DNA of 64,000 bases from Octopus vulgaris (Eukaryota). Numbering within the stretch: the first letter of the stretch is position 1; each line of letters opens with the position of its first letter. This document shows positions 53,890 to 64,000 of the stretch, one piece after another. Position numbers and translations under genes: made by a program. The notes under the pieces were generated by a model. The model did not search any database and was not told where the DNA came from. It worked only from the letters and a program-made list of their open reading frames with translations. The stretch is taken from contig OX597822.1 in NCBI GenBank assembly GCA_951406725.2, positions 93,558,001 through 93,622,000 of the forward strand. Reading direction: 5' to 3'.

Positions 53890-54330
53890 CCGTAAAATAT
53901 CTATTGTAATTCAAATTTAAAAGTATAGGCCAATCGAATGCATCTGTGGAAATTAATACCATACAAACAGAGAAATTTGACTGATTGCATATATATGCAG
54001 ATATCCATTTGCCTTGAATGGTACTATGGTGGTGGTATTAACTTTATTGGCTTTTTGTGAAGTGACACAAATTAATATATTGAACTGTTTAATATATATG
54101 CCTGCATTGAGTGTGAGTGTGTCTGTTGTGGTTTCTTGATGTTCGTTGAGGAGCTGTGGCGTTCAATATGGAACATTATTGTGTTTGTTGATATATATTG
54201 ATTTATATTGTTTATATTGTATTATTGTGTATATGTATATGTATATATATGTAAGGATATGAGTATGTATGCACTCATATTTATATTTATATGTAAATTA
54301 TTTTAGGGTTTGTACTCATACTTGCATTAG

Positions 54331-54444
54331 AATCTCTGAAGAGGCCATAAGGTATTCTTGTTAATGTCTCATTTATACCTGCAATATATGGCTAATAGGT
54401 TAAATGAGACATACCTATCTTCATGGTCGAAACAGCTGTCAGTT
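54331..54444 (+). ncRNA. Type I hammerhead ribozyme, canonical core, long stem II
   Basis: aatct CTGAAGA ggccat...(inner hairpin atgtctcattta / taaatgagacat)...atggtc GAAA cagctg TC agtt; stem I is weak. Confidence 0.78.
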
Positions 54445-55871
54445 ATAATGTATATCTATTTTTATATCTTGTTATATTTATTTAGTTATATCTCACCATA
54501 TTGATTGTAATTATTGTACTGTATTAATGTCTAATCTCATTGCTATTGTGTAGTGTTTTAATAAAGTATATGATTCGGTATTATCTGATAGTTGATGATT
54601 GATTTAGATATATTTCTCCATTTTCTCATTTTGTACATATATATATATATATAAGCCCCATGAAAATTCATATATTTTTGCTGTTGATGAAATTTTAACT
54701 GTAGATATTAGACACAAATGAAGTGATATTCCTAAAATTTCAACTTCTTAGGAGGTTAGTATGACACGTTAATGGGGGTTTAACCGCCACAATTTAGTCA
54801 TTTTTCCTAAGCCAAGACGAATACAGTTGTAGTCATGGAAGCTGTAGAGTCACCCGAGAATACAAGATGAGCGTTATTTGTAATTCAATGGCACAACAGT
54901 GTAAGAGTTTGCTTTGAGATATATTTGTGATTTCTGCAATGTGGTGCATAAATTGTCAAGTAAAGGAGATGTATCTTTGCCTCCACTGATTCAGTTGCAA
55001 AGTGTTTTGAGTAAAGTTATTTGGTTGCAAACCTCCTTTGAGTCTCTTTATTTTCACTGAGTCAGAGATAGTCCCTAGATGGTAACATTGATTTCAAGGC
55101 CTTCCAGATAAGTGATTGGTCATTCAAAGAGATTTATAGATTGAAAATTTATTCTGTTCAGTTACATATCGGTATAGTGATCATTGGCAAACTTCAGAGG
55201 TGGCACTTTCATTTCCCCTTAGCCCTCACGTCACACAGTTGTTAATGATTATTTGAGTTGGGCCACGCCTTTCCAATAGCTATAAATCTGTAATGCATCT
55301 TACGGCTGTGCCGGTCACCTGTAAGGTGAGGAATTCTACATTGGAGAGTGGTAATGACTAGGTAGCTGACTGTTTATTGTGATCATTCGTCTTTTGGTTT
55401 CCTCTAGCTTTGCTCTCTTTTACAAACTCATTGAACATTCATATATTTCCGATTTCAAAGAAATTTGAACAGATATGACACAAGTTAAAAAAAATTCCCT
55501 ATAATTCAACTTCTCTGGTTGACTTTAAGACCCCCACCCCTAAAAGGGGCCTTAACACCCATATTTTACAGCTCCGTATGCTCCATTTTCAGGAGCAAAA
55601 ACCTTTGAATGGTTTTTATAAAATTTGGATTTTGGAATCTGGGCATAAAGATGAGTAATATGGGATAAATGTATCCATGATTAGAATTTTTGTTAGGGTA
55701 TTTATAGAGGGAAAAACATCCGTTAAAATTCTTAATCTCCAATTTTGATGAAATTCGAATCATTGGTATTCCAGTTCATTAGAGAAAATATAAAAGAAAA
55801 GTTTAATTCTTCAATTCCATGTGATACGGACAATGCCGGGTATCTCTGCTAGTGTATATAAATATATATAT

Positions 55872-56158
55872 ATATACTGCATCTACTGCTCTCTCTGCCC
55901 TTCTGTATACATCGGGCAAAGGGGACGCCGCTTAGCTGACGGTTCGCGGTACACCTCCGAGACATCCAACTCAGCAATGACATCCCGGTCTCGCACCATT
56001 TTCGCTCTACCAGTTACTCTTTGCAACACCTGTCAGTGTTCGGATTGTCCTTGCACGGAGGCCATCCGGACTCCCGTTTTCGCCGTGAACAGGGATTAAT
56101 CTTTTCTCTTCGCTCCTTTACACCACTTGGGTTGAATTCCCCTCCCCTCTTCATCTAA
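55872..56158 (+). pseudogene. Penelope-like element GIY-YIG endonuclease remnant
   Basis: IYCIYCSLCPSVYIGQRGRRLADG, one frameshift, then VHLRDIQLSNDIPVSHHF...LSVFGL...RFRREQGLIFSLRSFTPLGLN. Followed by a C-rich 3' region and a decayed CUGUAGA hammerhead at 56799-56834. Confidence 0.9.
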
Positions 56159-56889
56159 CCCTCCTCCCCTTTCCTTTCTCCCTCTCACACATACTTCCTC
56201 CCACCCACCTCTCCTCTCTTGCTGCGACTCCTACTTCTTCTCTTCACTACTACTCTCCTTCTCTCTTCTCTTCACTCCTACCCACTTTCTCCTTTCCCCC
56301 TCTCCCTTCATCGTCACCCCTCCCTCGTAAACCCATCTCTACACAATCCAACCCCGTCTTCCCTGTCCATCCCATCCCCCACCCAACCACTTACACCCAC
56401 TCCCACATACCCCACCTCTACCCCCACTCTCAGCCTAACCCACATCTCTCCCTACTTTTCCCGTTCTCGCCTCCCCCACATCCCAAAACCACCACACCGC
56501 ACACCACCAAACCATACACCACCATACCACACAGCACCACATCACACACTACCATGCACACACTAGCACTGACTCCTTCCCAGCTCCACACCATCATCCA
56601 CACACCTACCCATACACATACGCACACGTGAAGGTCACCAGCCCTCTTCCACACGCACTTTCGTTATGGGACCACCACTACTTTATTATCTTTCCTTCTT
56701 CTTGCTCTCCTGTGTGACCCCTCTGTCCAGCATTCGCCATGAGAGATCCCTAGCCACTACACATTCTTTATTTTCTCTCCTTGTTTCTTTCTGTGTTCCT
56801 TTCTGTAGAAGAGCATTGGCTCAAAACTTTAAAGACTTTTTCACTTCCCGAGCGTTAAACTAATATGATTCTCCCTATATATATATATA

Positions 56890-57258
56890 CTAGCAGTATC
56901 GCCCGGCGTTACTCAGGTTTGTAAGGGAAATAACTATAAAGCATTTTTAGAGAGTTATAGCCAAAAAATAGCAAAAAAAATGGAAAAAAAATTATGGTAA
57001 ATTTTTTTTTAGATTTAAAAAAGGTGGAGTTGCGTCCCCTAGACGGTTTGTGGTTCGTGTTTCTGATTCTCGACCCCATGTCGAATTTATCGATTTTTTT
57101 CAGAACTGGGGGAACTTTTCAAAATTTTCGCTGCGTTAGTTTTGAATTATGACATTGGGCTATGTGTGTGTCAAGTTTCATCAGAATCGGTTGAAAGCCG
57201 TGGTCAGGGTGAGGGTACAAGCAAACAGACACACAGAAACACGCACAGACAAACTGCC

Positions 57259-57270
<12 letters not shown>
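56890..57270 (-). mobile_element. Non-autonomous Helitron-like element
   Basis: Reverse complement of 63556-63942; begins ctagcagtatcgcccggcgtt on +. Confidence 0.75.
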
Positions 57271-57321
<51 letters not shown>

Positions 57322-57335
57322 TATATACTCTCTCT

Positions 57336-57712
57336 TTACTCTTTTACTTGTTTCAGTCATTTGACTGCGGCCATGCTGGAGCACCGCCTTTAGTCGAGCA
57401 AATCGACCCCGGGACTTATTCTTTGTAAGCCCAGTACTTATTCTATCGGTCTCTTTTGCCGAACCGCTAAGTGACGGGGACGTAAACACACCAGCATCGG
57501 TTGTCAAGCAATGCTAGGGGGACAAACACAGACACACAAACATAAACACACATACATATATACGACAGGCTTCTTTCAGTTTCCGTCTACCAAATCCACT
57601 CACATGTCTTTGGTCGGCCTGAGCCTATAGTAGAAGACACTTGCCCAAGATGCCACGCAGTGGGGCTGAACCCGGAACCATGTGGTTGGTAAGCAAGCTA
57701 CTTACCACACAG
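57336..57712 (-). mobile_element. SINE family A
   Basis: Near-consensus reverse complement. Confidence 0.85.
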
Positions 57713-57777
57713 CAAACAAAATAGCTAGTTATAAAATCTCAAGAAGAGATAGAGTAATAGAGTAGTAACGTATACTA

Positions 57778-58073
57778 AACAGTAAAGCCAGTCGTCACAT
57801 CAAAGTGGCTGTTGAATGTTACTACTATTTTAACCCCAGTGCGCAGGTGCTCGCGGCTGATGATGAGCCAAATAGCTCGAAACTGAGTCAGTCTCGCGAT
57901 CCTGTTAGCTGGTGGAGGATAGTAGAGTTTCGCGCCCGCTGCAAATGATATATTTATTGTATATAAAGAATGCAGAACGTTGCACCGATAATCAGTTGGC
58001 GGAGAATCTGCCTGGGGTTAAACCAGTAGTAATATTCAACTGTCACTTTGATGTGGCGACTGACTTTGTTGTT
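57778..58073. repeat. Imperfect ~60-bp inverted repeat enclosing a hammerhead
   Basis: aaagccagtcgtcacatcaaagtgg...ttttaaccccag / ctggggttaaaa...tcactttgatgtggcgactgacttt. Confidence 0.85.
57851..57899 (+). ncRNA. Type I hammerhead ribozyme, canonical core
   Basis: tcgcgg CTGATGA t gagc-caaata-gctc GAAA ctg-agt-cag TC tcgcga; all three stems close; predicted cleavage after 57893. Confidence 0.88.
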
Positions 58074-58074
58074 A

Positions 58075-58119
<45 letters not shown>

Positions 58120-58210
58120 AAGAGAGTTTACGAAAAAAAACGAAAGACGAAGACAGGTGGTGTACAAAACAAACAGATGTATTAGTATAACGCTCAGGAA
58201 TAGAAAAAGT

Positions 58211-58246
58211 CTTTTACGTTTCGAGCCTACGCTCTTCTACAGAAAG
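58211..58246 (-). ncRNA. Minimal hammerhead variant (core CUGUAGA) in a short PLE-end element (~58120-58355)
   Basis: Identical to 33702-33737; element bounded by TA microsatellites. Confidence 0.7.
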
Positions 58247-59149
58247 GGACACAGAAAAAAACAAGGAGAGAAACAAGGAGAGAAAAAAAATGTGTGTAGT
58301 GGCTAACGATCTATCATGGCGACCAGTGCCGGACAGACGGGTCAAACACAGGAAGGATATATATATATACACATATACATATATATGCATGCATGTGTGC
58401 GTAGATGCACACACACACACACACACAGATGTGTATATATGTGTATGTACACTAGAAGTTTAATGGGCATGGCTCGGTAAGTGAAGCACTCTTTACGTAG
58501 CAATTTTTGCAACGTCTCTTTCGACATCTTTTCATACTGTTTTGGTTGAAACACATTGTTTTAATTACTATAACATTAAAATAAATTAATTTTGTTACAC
58601 TATAAATGTTTGTTAGCCTTTCTATAATCCACTACATACGTTTCTTTAATAATATTGGTTTCAAATTTTGGCACAAAACCACCGAGTTCCAGGGAGGGGG
58701 TTAAGTCGACTACATCGACTCCATACCTCAACTGATACTTATTATATTGACTCCGATAAGATGAAAGGCATAGTCGATCTTGGCTTTGCCCTTCATCCAT
58801 TCGGGGGTTGATAAAATAAGGATTAGTTGAACTGGATTCGATGTAATCGACTTAATCCCTCTCCTGAAACTGCTGGCTTTGTACCAGAATTTGAAATCTA
58901 TATTATAAAAGAACTGAGGGCGACGAACTGGCAGAATCGTTAGCACGTCGGGCAAAATGCTTAGCTGCATTTCATCCGTCTTTACGTTCTGAGTTCAAAT
59001 TCCGCCGAGGTCGACTTTGCCTTTCAACTTTTCGAGATCGATAAAATAAATATCAGTAGGACACTGGAATCGATGTAACCGATTTCCCCGCTACCACGAA
59101 ATTGCTGGCCTTGTTCAAAATTTGAAACCAATATTCATAATTCTTTTAG

Positions 59150-59860
59150 GACTTGTAGTGCGGTAGTGTTTTCTTGATATGAGTAGCGCTTGAATTTTCT
59201 TTGCTGCTAAAAGAAGTAAATTTGGGATGGCCTCTTTGGCGGTTGCAATCGTGGTCTCTGTTTTTGAGATCAGTGCAGTTTTGGTATGTGATGTCTAGGC
59301 TGCGTGTGGATGATGCACAGTTGGGGAAAATGAAGGAAGAATGAAGGGCAGTGTCATCTTCGTAATAAGAGATGTTCTTAGATGTGGCAGCAATAGGTTA
59401 TCAATGTATGGAAAGAAGAGACTTAATCGATCCCAGGGGGCACCAGAGTTGATTGAAGCACAGGCAGAAAGAGCTCTGTCAACATATGACGCGATGGTGT
59501 GATCTGATAAGAAGCTACGATTCCAAGAAATGAGAGATGGTGGGGCCTATAGGTGGATAGTTTTAAGAGGAGATTGTATGCTAGAAACTGTCAATGCTTC
59601 GCTGATATTATGGAGCAAGAACATTCCTTACACCGAAGTTCCCTAAAGCGAGATTGGTGATGGACATAACAGAGTAGGGCTCCCGTAGGTCTGGCATTGC
59701 GGAAGCCGTACTGAGAAGAGAAGTGTTGACGAACGTCATTATTAATGTGTCTCCATTACCTTGTAAATTTTAGAGGTGAGAGTGATTGGGCGATTGTTGG
59801 TTGGGTTAAAGGGATAGAATTGTTGGTTTCAAGCAACCAGAAGTATTTATTACTGCACCT
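59150..59860 (-). pseudogene. Old LINE reverse transcriptase remnant (CR1/Jockey group)
   Basis: Ordered degenerate motifs NISEALTV (cf. DISKAFD), SINSGAP (cf. SGVPQG) and YEDDT (cf. YADDT). Confidence 0.55.
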
Positions 59861-60336
59861 GTCACGTGTAGGTGTGTGTGTGTGTGTTCGTATGTGTGTG
59901 TATAAATATGCATATAAATATACGTAGATATCTATAAGTATGTATATATACATGTGTATGTGTGAGTGTGCGTGTGTGAATATGTATATGCATTTATGAG
60001 TTAACATACAATTTACCATCGTATAGTAAAAAAAAGTAAATTGTCCTTATTAAATTGCGATACAAACCGAAAGCGACAACAGTGGTATAGTATGGGTGGG
60101 CTTCATAAGTGGAACTCTGCAACTCCTGTGCTTATGTATTACTACCTCCATACCAACTTATTTTGGATTTCTCTTACCGCCACTCTTGACGCTGCGGACC
60201 TATTCCTGGATAAAGAGCTCGGAGTGTAAGTTGAAACTAATTTGAATACAATTGCGTTTTTCCTATATAGACCATATCTAGCTCTCACCTATTGTGTGTG
60301 TGTGTGTGTGTGTGTACGTGCGCGTGCGAGCGTATA

Positions 60337-60407
<71 letters not shown>

Positions 60408-60449
60408 ATATATACACACATAAATAATGTATGTATGTATGTATGTATG

Positions 60450-60503
<54 letters not shown>

Positions 60504-62269
60504 TAAATAATATGTATGTATGTATGTATGTATTTATACATATACATTTACACACACACATGGTGTATGTTTTTTTGTATTTATACATGTATCTATGTAC
60601 GTATGTGTGTTGTTTGTATTCCGGTTGTGAAGAGGCACTGAATTCTGTAGAAAAACATGACACTGAAGCGAATGAATATTAATTCCTAATTCAACTTCAA
60701 GTATTTAGGATACTTAGAGATTTATGTTGTCATTAAATCACGAGTTCAAACCTTATTAATAGTGTGTCACAGCCATTAATATTTTATGGTGATCCAATAT
60801 TTAGAATGTTTTACTAACCTTCGCACAAGAATTTTACCGCTTATCTGAACATATTTTGATTGCAACTACAGATAGAAAGTTGAAGTTTTGCTCCTTAAAT
60901 ACAGGTGAATTCACAGAATCGTTTAAGCTCTAGGCAAAAAGCATCGCGCTGTGTTTCAGCCGTCTGCATTCTCTGAGTTCAAATTCCGCCGAGGTAACGT
61001 TGCTTCCTTTCCTTTCGGCAGTTGATAAAATATAGGAGCGGTCTCCTGAATTCTTAGAGGATCCAGTACCCAGCATTTTGAGTTCAAATTCTGGCGTGAT
61101 CGACTTTGACCCATTTATTTATTTATTTATTTATTCTATTTATTTATTTATTTATTTATTGTGAGGTCGATTATTTAAAGGAGCATTCCAGGGCTTGCTA
61201 GAAAAGACTCCATTGCCCCACAAAATGAACGCTTGTTTTTAACTGCGCAATTACAGAAATCCTAGGTACTAGGTTCTAACGTAGGTACAAGGCCTCGAAT
61301 TGCGAAGATGAATAATCAGTCATATCAATTATATTGACCTCCCTATTTAACCGGCACTGTAGATTATTGACTACGGAAGGATAAAGGATAAAGCAAAGCT
61401 GACCTTGGCGGGATTTGAACCTAGAATATAGAGGGTCAACCCAACCCAATGCTTTCTACTATAGACACAAGGCCTGGAATTTTGCGGGATGGAGCAAGTC
61501 GATTACATCAACTCGGGCGTTCAACTGGTACTTATTTTATCGACTCCGAATGGATGAAAGGCAAAGTCGACCTCGACAGAATTTGAACTCAGAGCGTAAA
61601 GACAGACAAAATGTCGCTAAGCATTTTGTCCGGCGTGCTAACGATTCTGCCAGCTCGCTACCTTCATCCACTGCTCTAATAATGATTTCACCACTGCACC
61701 ATGCTGGGAAGCTTTAATGGTGAAACAGAGATTGCCCCCTTCTTGTAGACGTACTCTGGCGGCGGTTATATTTCATAAGTTTAATGTGAGAGACAACGTG
61801 GCGTTCAAACCAAATCCCAAGTAGAGAAGCGAGGCAATATCGCCATAAATCATGGCTACATTGGACAGTTTCCTAGATATTCATACGGATCTAGAGACCC
61901 AATGTTTCTCTGTTTATGTTATGGTTGTGTACATAGGGACCTCCGCTGCATTGCTTTATTCGGGGAAAGGCATCCATAATCGTATTTAGACAACTCTGGA
62001 GCAGGATTGGGATTTAATGGCAGGCGCAAGTCTAAATGAAACCAAACGACTGGTATTTTTATATATTTCTTTAGATTTCTTTTATCGTTTTAATTGTTTT
62101 AGTCATTGGACTGCGGCCATGCTGGAACACCGTCTTGAAGGGTTTTAGTCGAACAAATCGACCCCAGTACTTGTTTTTAAAAAAGGTTTTTGGCCGAACT
62201 GTTAAGTTGTGGTGACGTAAACAAACCAACACAGGTTGTCGGGCAGACACACACACATACACACATTAA

Positions 62270-62410
62270 GTGCAGGCGTGGTTGTGTGGTAAGAAGTTTG
62301 CTTCCCAGCCAAGTAGCATTTTGGGTGAATGTTTCCTACTATATATAGCCTTGGGTCGACCAAATCCTTGCGAGCGGATTTGGTTGATGGAAACTGAATG
62401 AAACCTGTTG

Positions 62411-62466
<56 letters not shown>

Positions 62467-62681
62467 TGTGTGTCTTTATGTTTGACCCCCCCCCCCCCGC
62501 CACCGCTTGACAACCGATGTTGATGTGTTTACGTTCACTTCACATTTCGATTCGGCAAAAGAGTCCGATAGAACAAGTACCAGCTTTAACAGAAAGTAAA
62601 TATCGGTACGATTCGTCCGACTAAAGTTTTTCAAGACGGTGCCCCAGCGTGGCCGCAGTCTAATGACTGAAACAAGTCAAA
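62270..62681 (+). mobile_element. SINE family A, with minus-strand fragments on both sides
   Basis: Family A match; fragments at ~62090-62245 and ~62685-62810. Confidence 0.75.
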
Positions 62682-62837
62682 GGAACTTTCAGTTTCGTCT
62701 ACTAAATCCACTCGCAAGCCTTTGGTCGTTTCCGGGTTAAAGTACCGAAGTGCTGCATAGTGGGACTGAACCGAAGAATACTTATTTCGAAAGCAAGCTT
62801 CTTACTTACAGAACAACGACTATATTTCTATATACTA

Positions 62838-63260
62838 AGGCGGCGAGCTGGCAGACACGTTAGCACGCCGGGCGAAATGCTTAGCGGTATTTCGTCTGTC
62901 GTTACGTTCTGAGTTCAAATTCCGCCGAGGTCGACTTTGCCTTTTATCCTTTCGGGTCGATAAATTAAGTACCAGTTACGCACTGGGGTCGATATAATCG
63001 ACTTAATACCCATGTCTGTCCTTGTTTGTCCCCTCTGTGTTTAGCCCCTTGTGGGTAATAAAGAAATAGGTATTTCGTCTGTCGTTACGTTCTGAGTTCA
63101 AATTCCGCCGAGGTCAACTTTGCCTTTCATCCTTTCGGGGTCGATAAATAAAGTACCAGTTTCGCACTGGGGGCGATATAATCGACTCAATTCCTTCGTC
63201 TGTCCTTGTTTGTCCCCTCTATATTTATCCCCCTTATGGGCAGTAAAGAAATAGGTATTT
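62838..63260 (+). mobile_element. SINE family B head-to-tail dimer
   Basis: Full copy whose 3' ggtatttc restarts at the internal ggtatttcgtctgtcgttacg (~63069). Confidence 0.85.
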
Positions 63261-63555
63261 CTATATACTGGTTTCAAATTTTGGTACAAGGACAGTAATT
63301 TCAGGAGAGCGTGTAAGTAGTTTACGTCGACCCCAGTGCTCAACCGATACTTATTTTATCGATCCTGAAGGAATGAAAGGCAAAGTTGATCTCAACGGGA
63401 TTTAAACCCCAGAACATAAAGACGGACGATCGGCGGGATTTGAACCCAGAACGTAAAGACAGACGGAATGAAGCTAAACATTTTGTTCGTTGTGCTAACG
63501 GTTTTGCCAGTTCGCCGCCTCTATATGTTTGCATGTTATAATGTATATTACTATA

Positions 63556-63942
63556 TCTCTCTATATATAAACGGCAGTTTGTCTGTCTGCGTGTCTGTGT
63601 ATCTGTTAGGTTGTACCCTCACCCTGACCACGGCTTTCAACCGATTCTGATGAAACTTGACACACACATAGCCCAATGTCATAATTCAAAACTAACGCAG
63701 CGAAAATTTTGAAAAGTTTCCCCAGTTCTGAAAAAAATCGATAAATTCGACATGGGGTCGAGAATCAGAAACACAAACCACAGACTGTCATGGAGACGCA
63801 ACTCGACCTTTTTAACTCTCAAAAAAAAAATTACCATCATTTTTTTTTCCCATTTTTTTGCTATTTTTTGGCTATAACTCTCTAAAAATGCTTTATAGTT
63901 ATTTCCCTTACAAACCCGAGCAACGCCGGGTGATACTGCTTG
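63556..63942 (+). mobile_element. Non-autonomous Helitron-like element flanked by a 17-bp direct repeat
   Basis: A|TCtctctatatataaacgg...cccgagcaacgccggg...CTTG|T; taatgtatattactata at 63539-63555 and 63943-63959. Confidence 0.75.
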
Positions 63943-64000
63943 TAATGTATATTACTATATATTTCTATATATTCTGTATATTTTCTTCACATTTCTCAGC

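Overview
AT-rich, microsatellite-dense eukaryotic DNA, very likely from an Octopus species (inferred from the tRNA-derived SINE families and the (TA)n/(TATG)n load). The only host coding sequence I can support is one internal exon of a Wnt4-like gene (1208-1485, +). I saw no further Wnt exon, so the remaining ~62.5 kb is probably one very large intron. It is filled with at least four SINE families, LINE fragments (RTE, CR1, L1/Tx1), Penelope-like element (PLE) remnants, DNA transposon remnants (Merlin, mariner, Tc1, Tigger/pogo, MULE), Helitron-like elements and fold-back repeats. Nearly all ORFs in the supplied track are microsatellite or SINE artefacts. The most notable signal is about nine recognisable type I hammerhead ribozyme motifs plus several decayed ones, from several sequence families. 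Most have palindromic (dimer-type) stem III, some have repeated non-canonical cores (CUGUAGA, CCGACGA), and many sit in short elements within TA microsatellites or inverted repeats. One family is physically linked to a Penelope GIY-YIG remnant, and five well-formed motifs lie on the Wnt pre-mRNA strand. Everything was read by eye; repeat boundaries are approximate unless a TSD or TIR is quoted.
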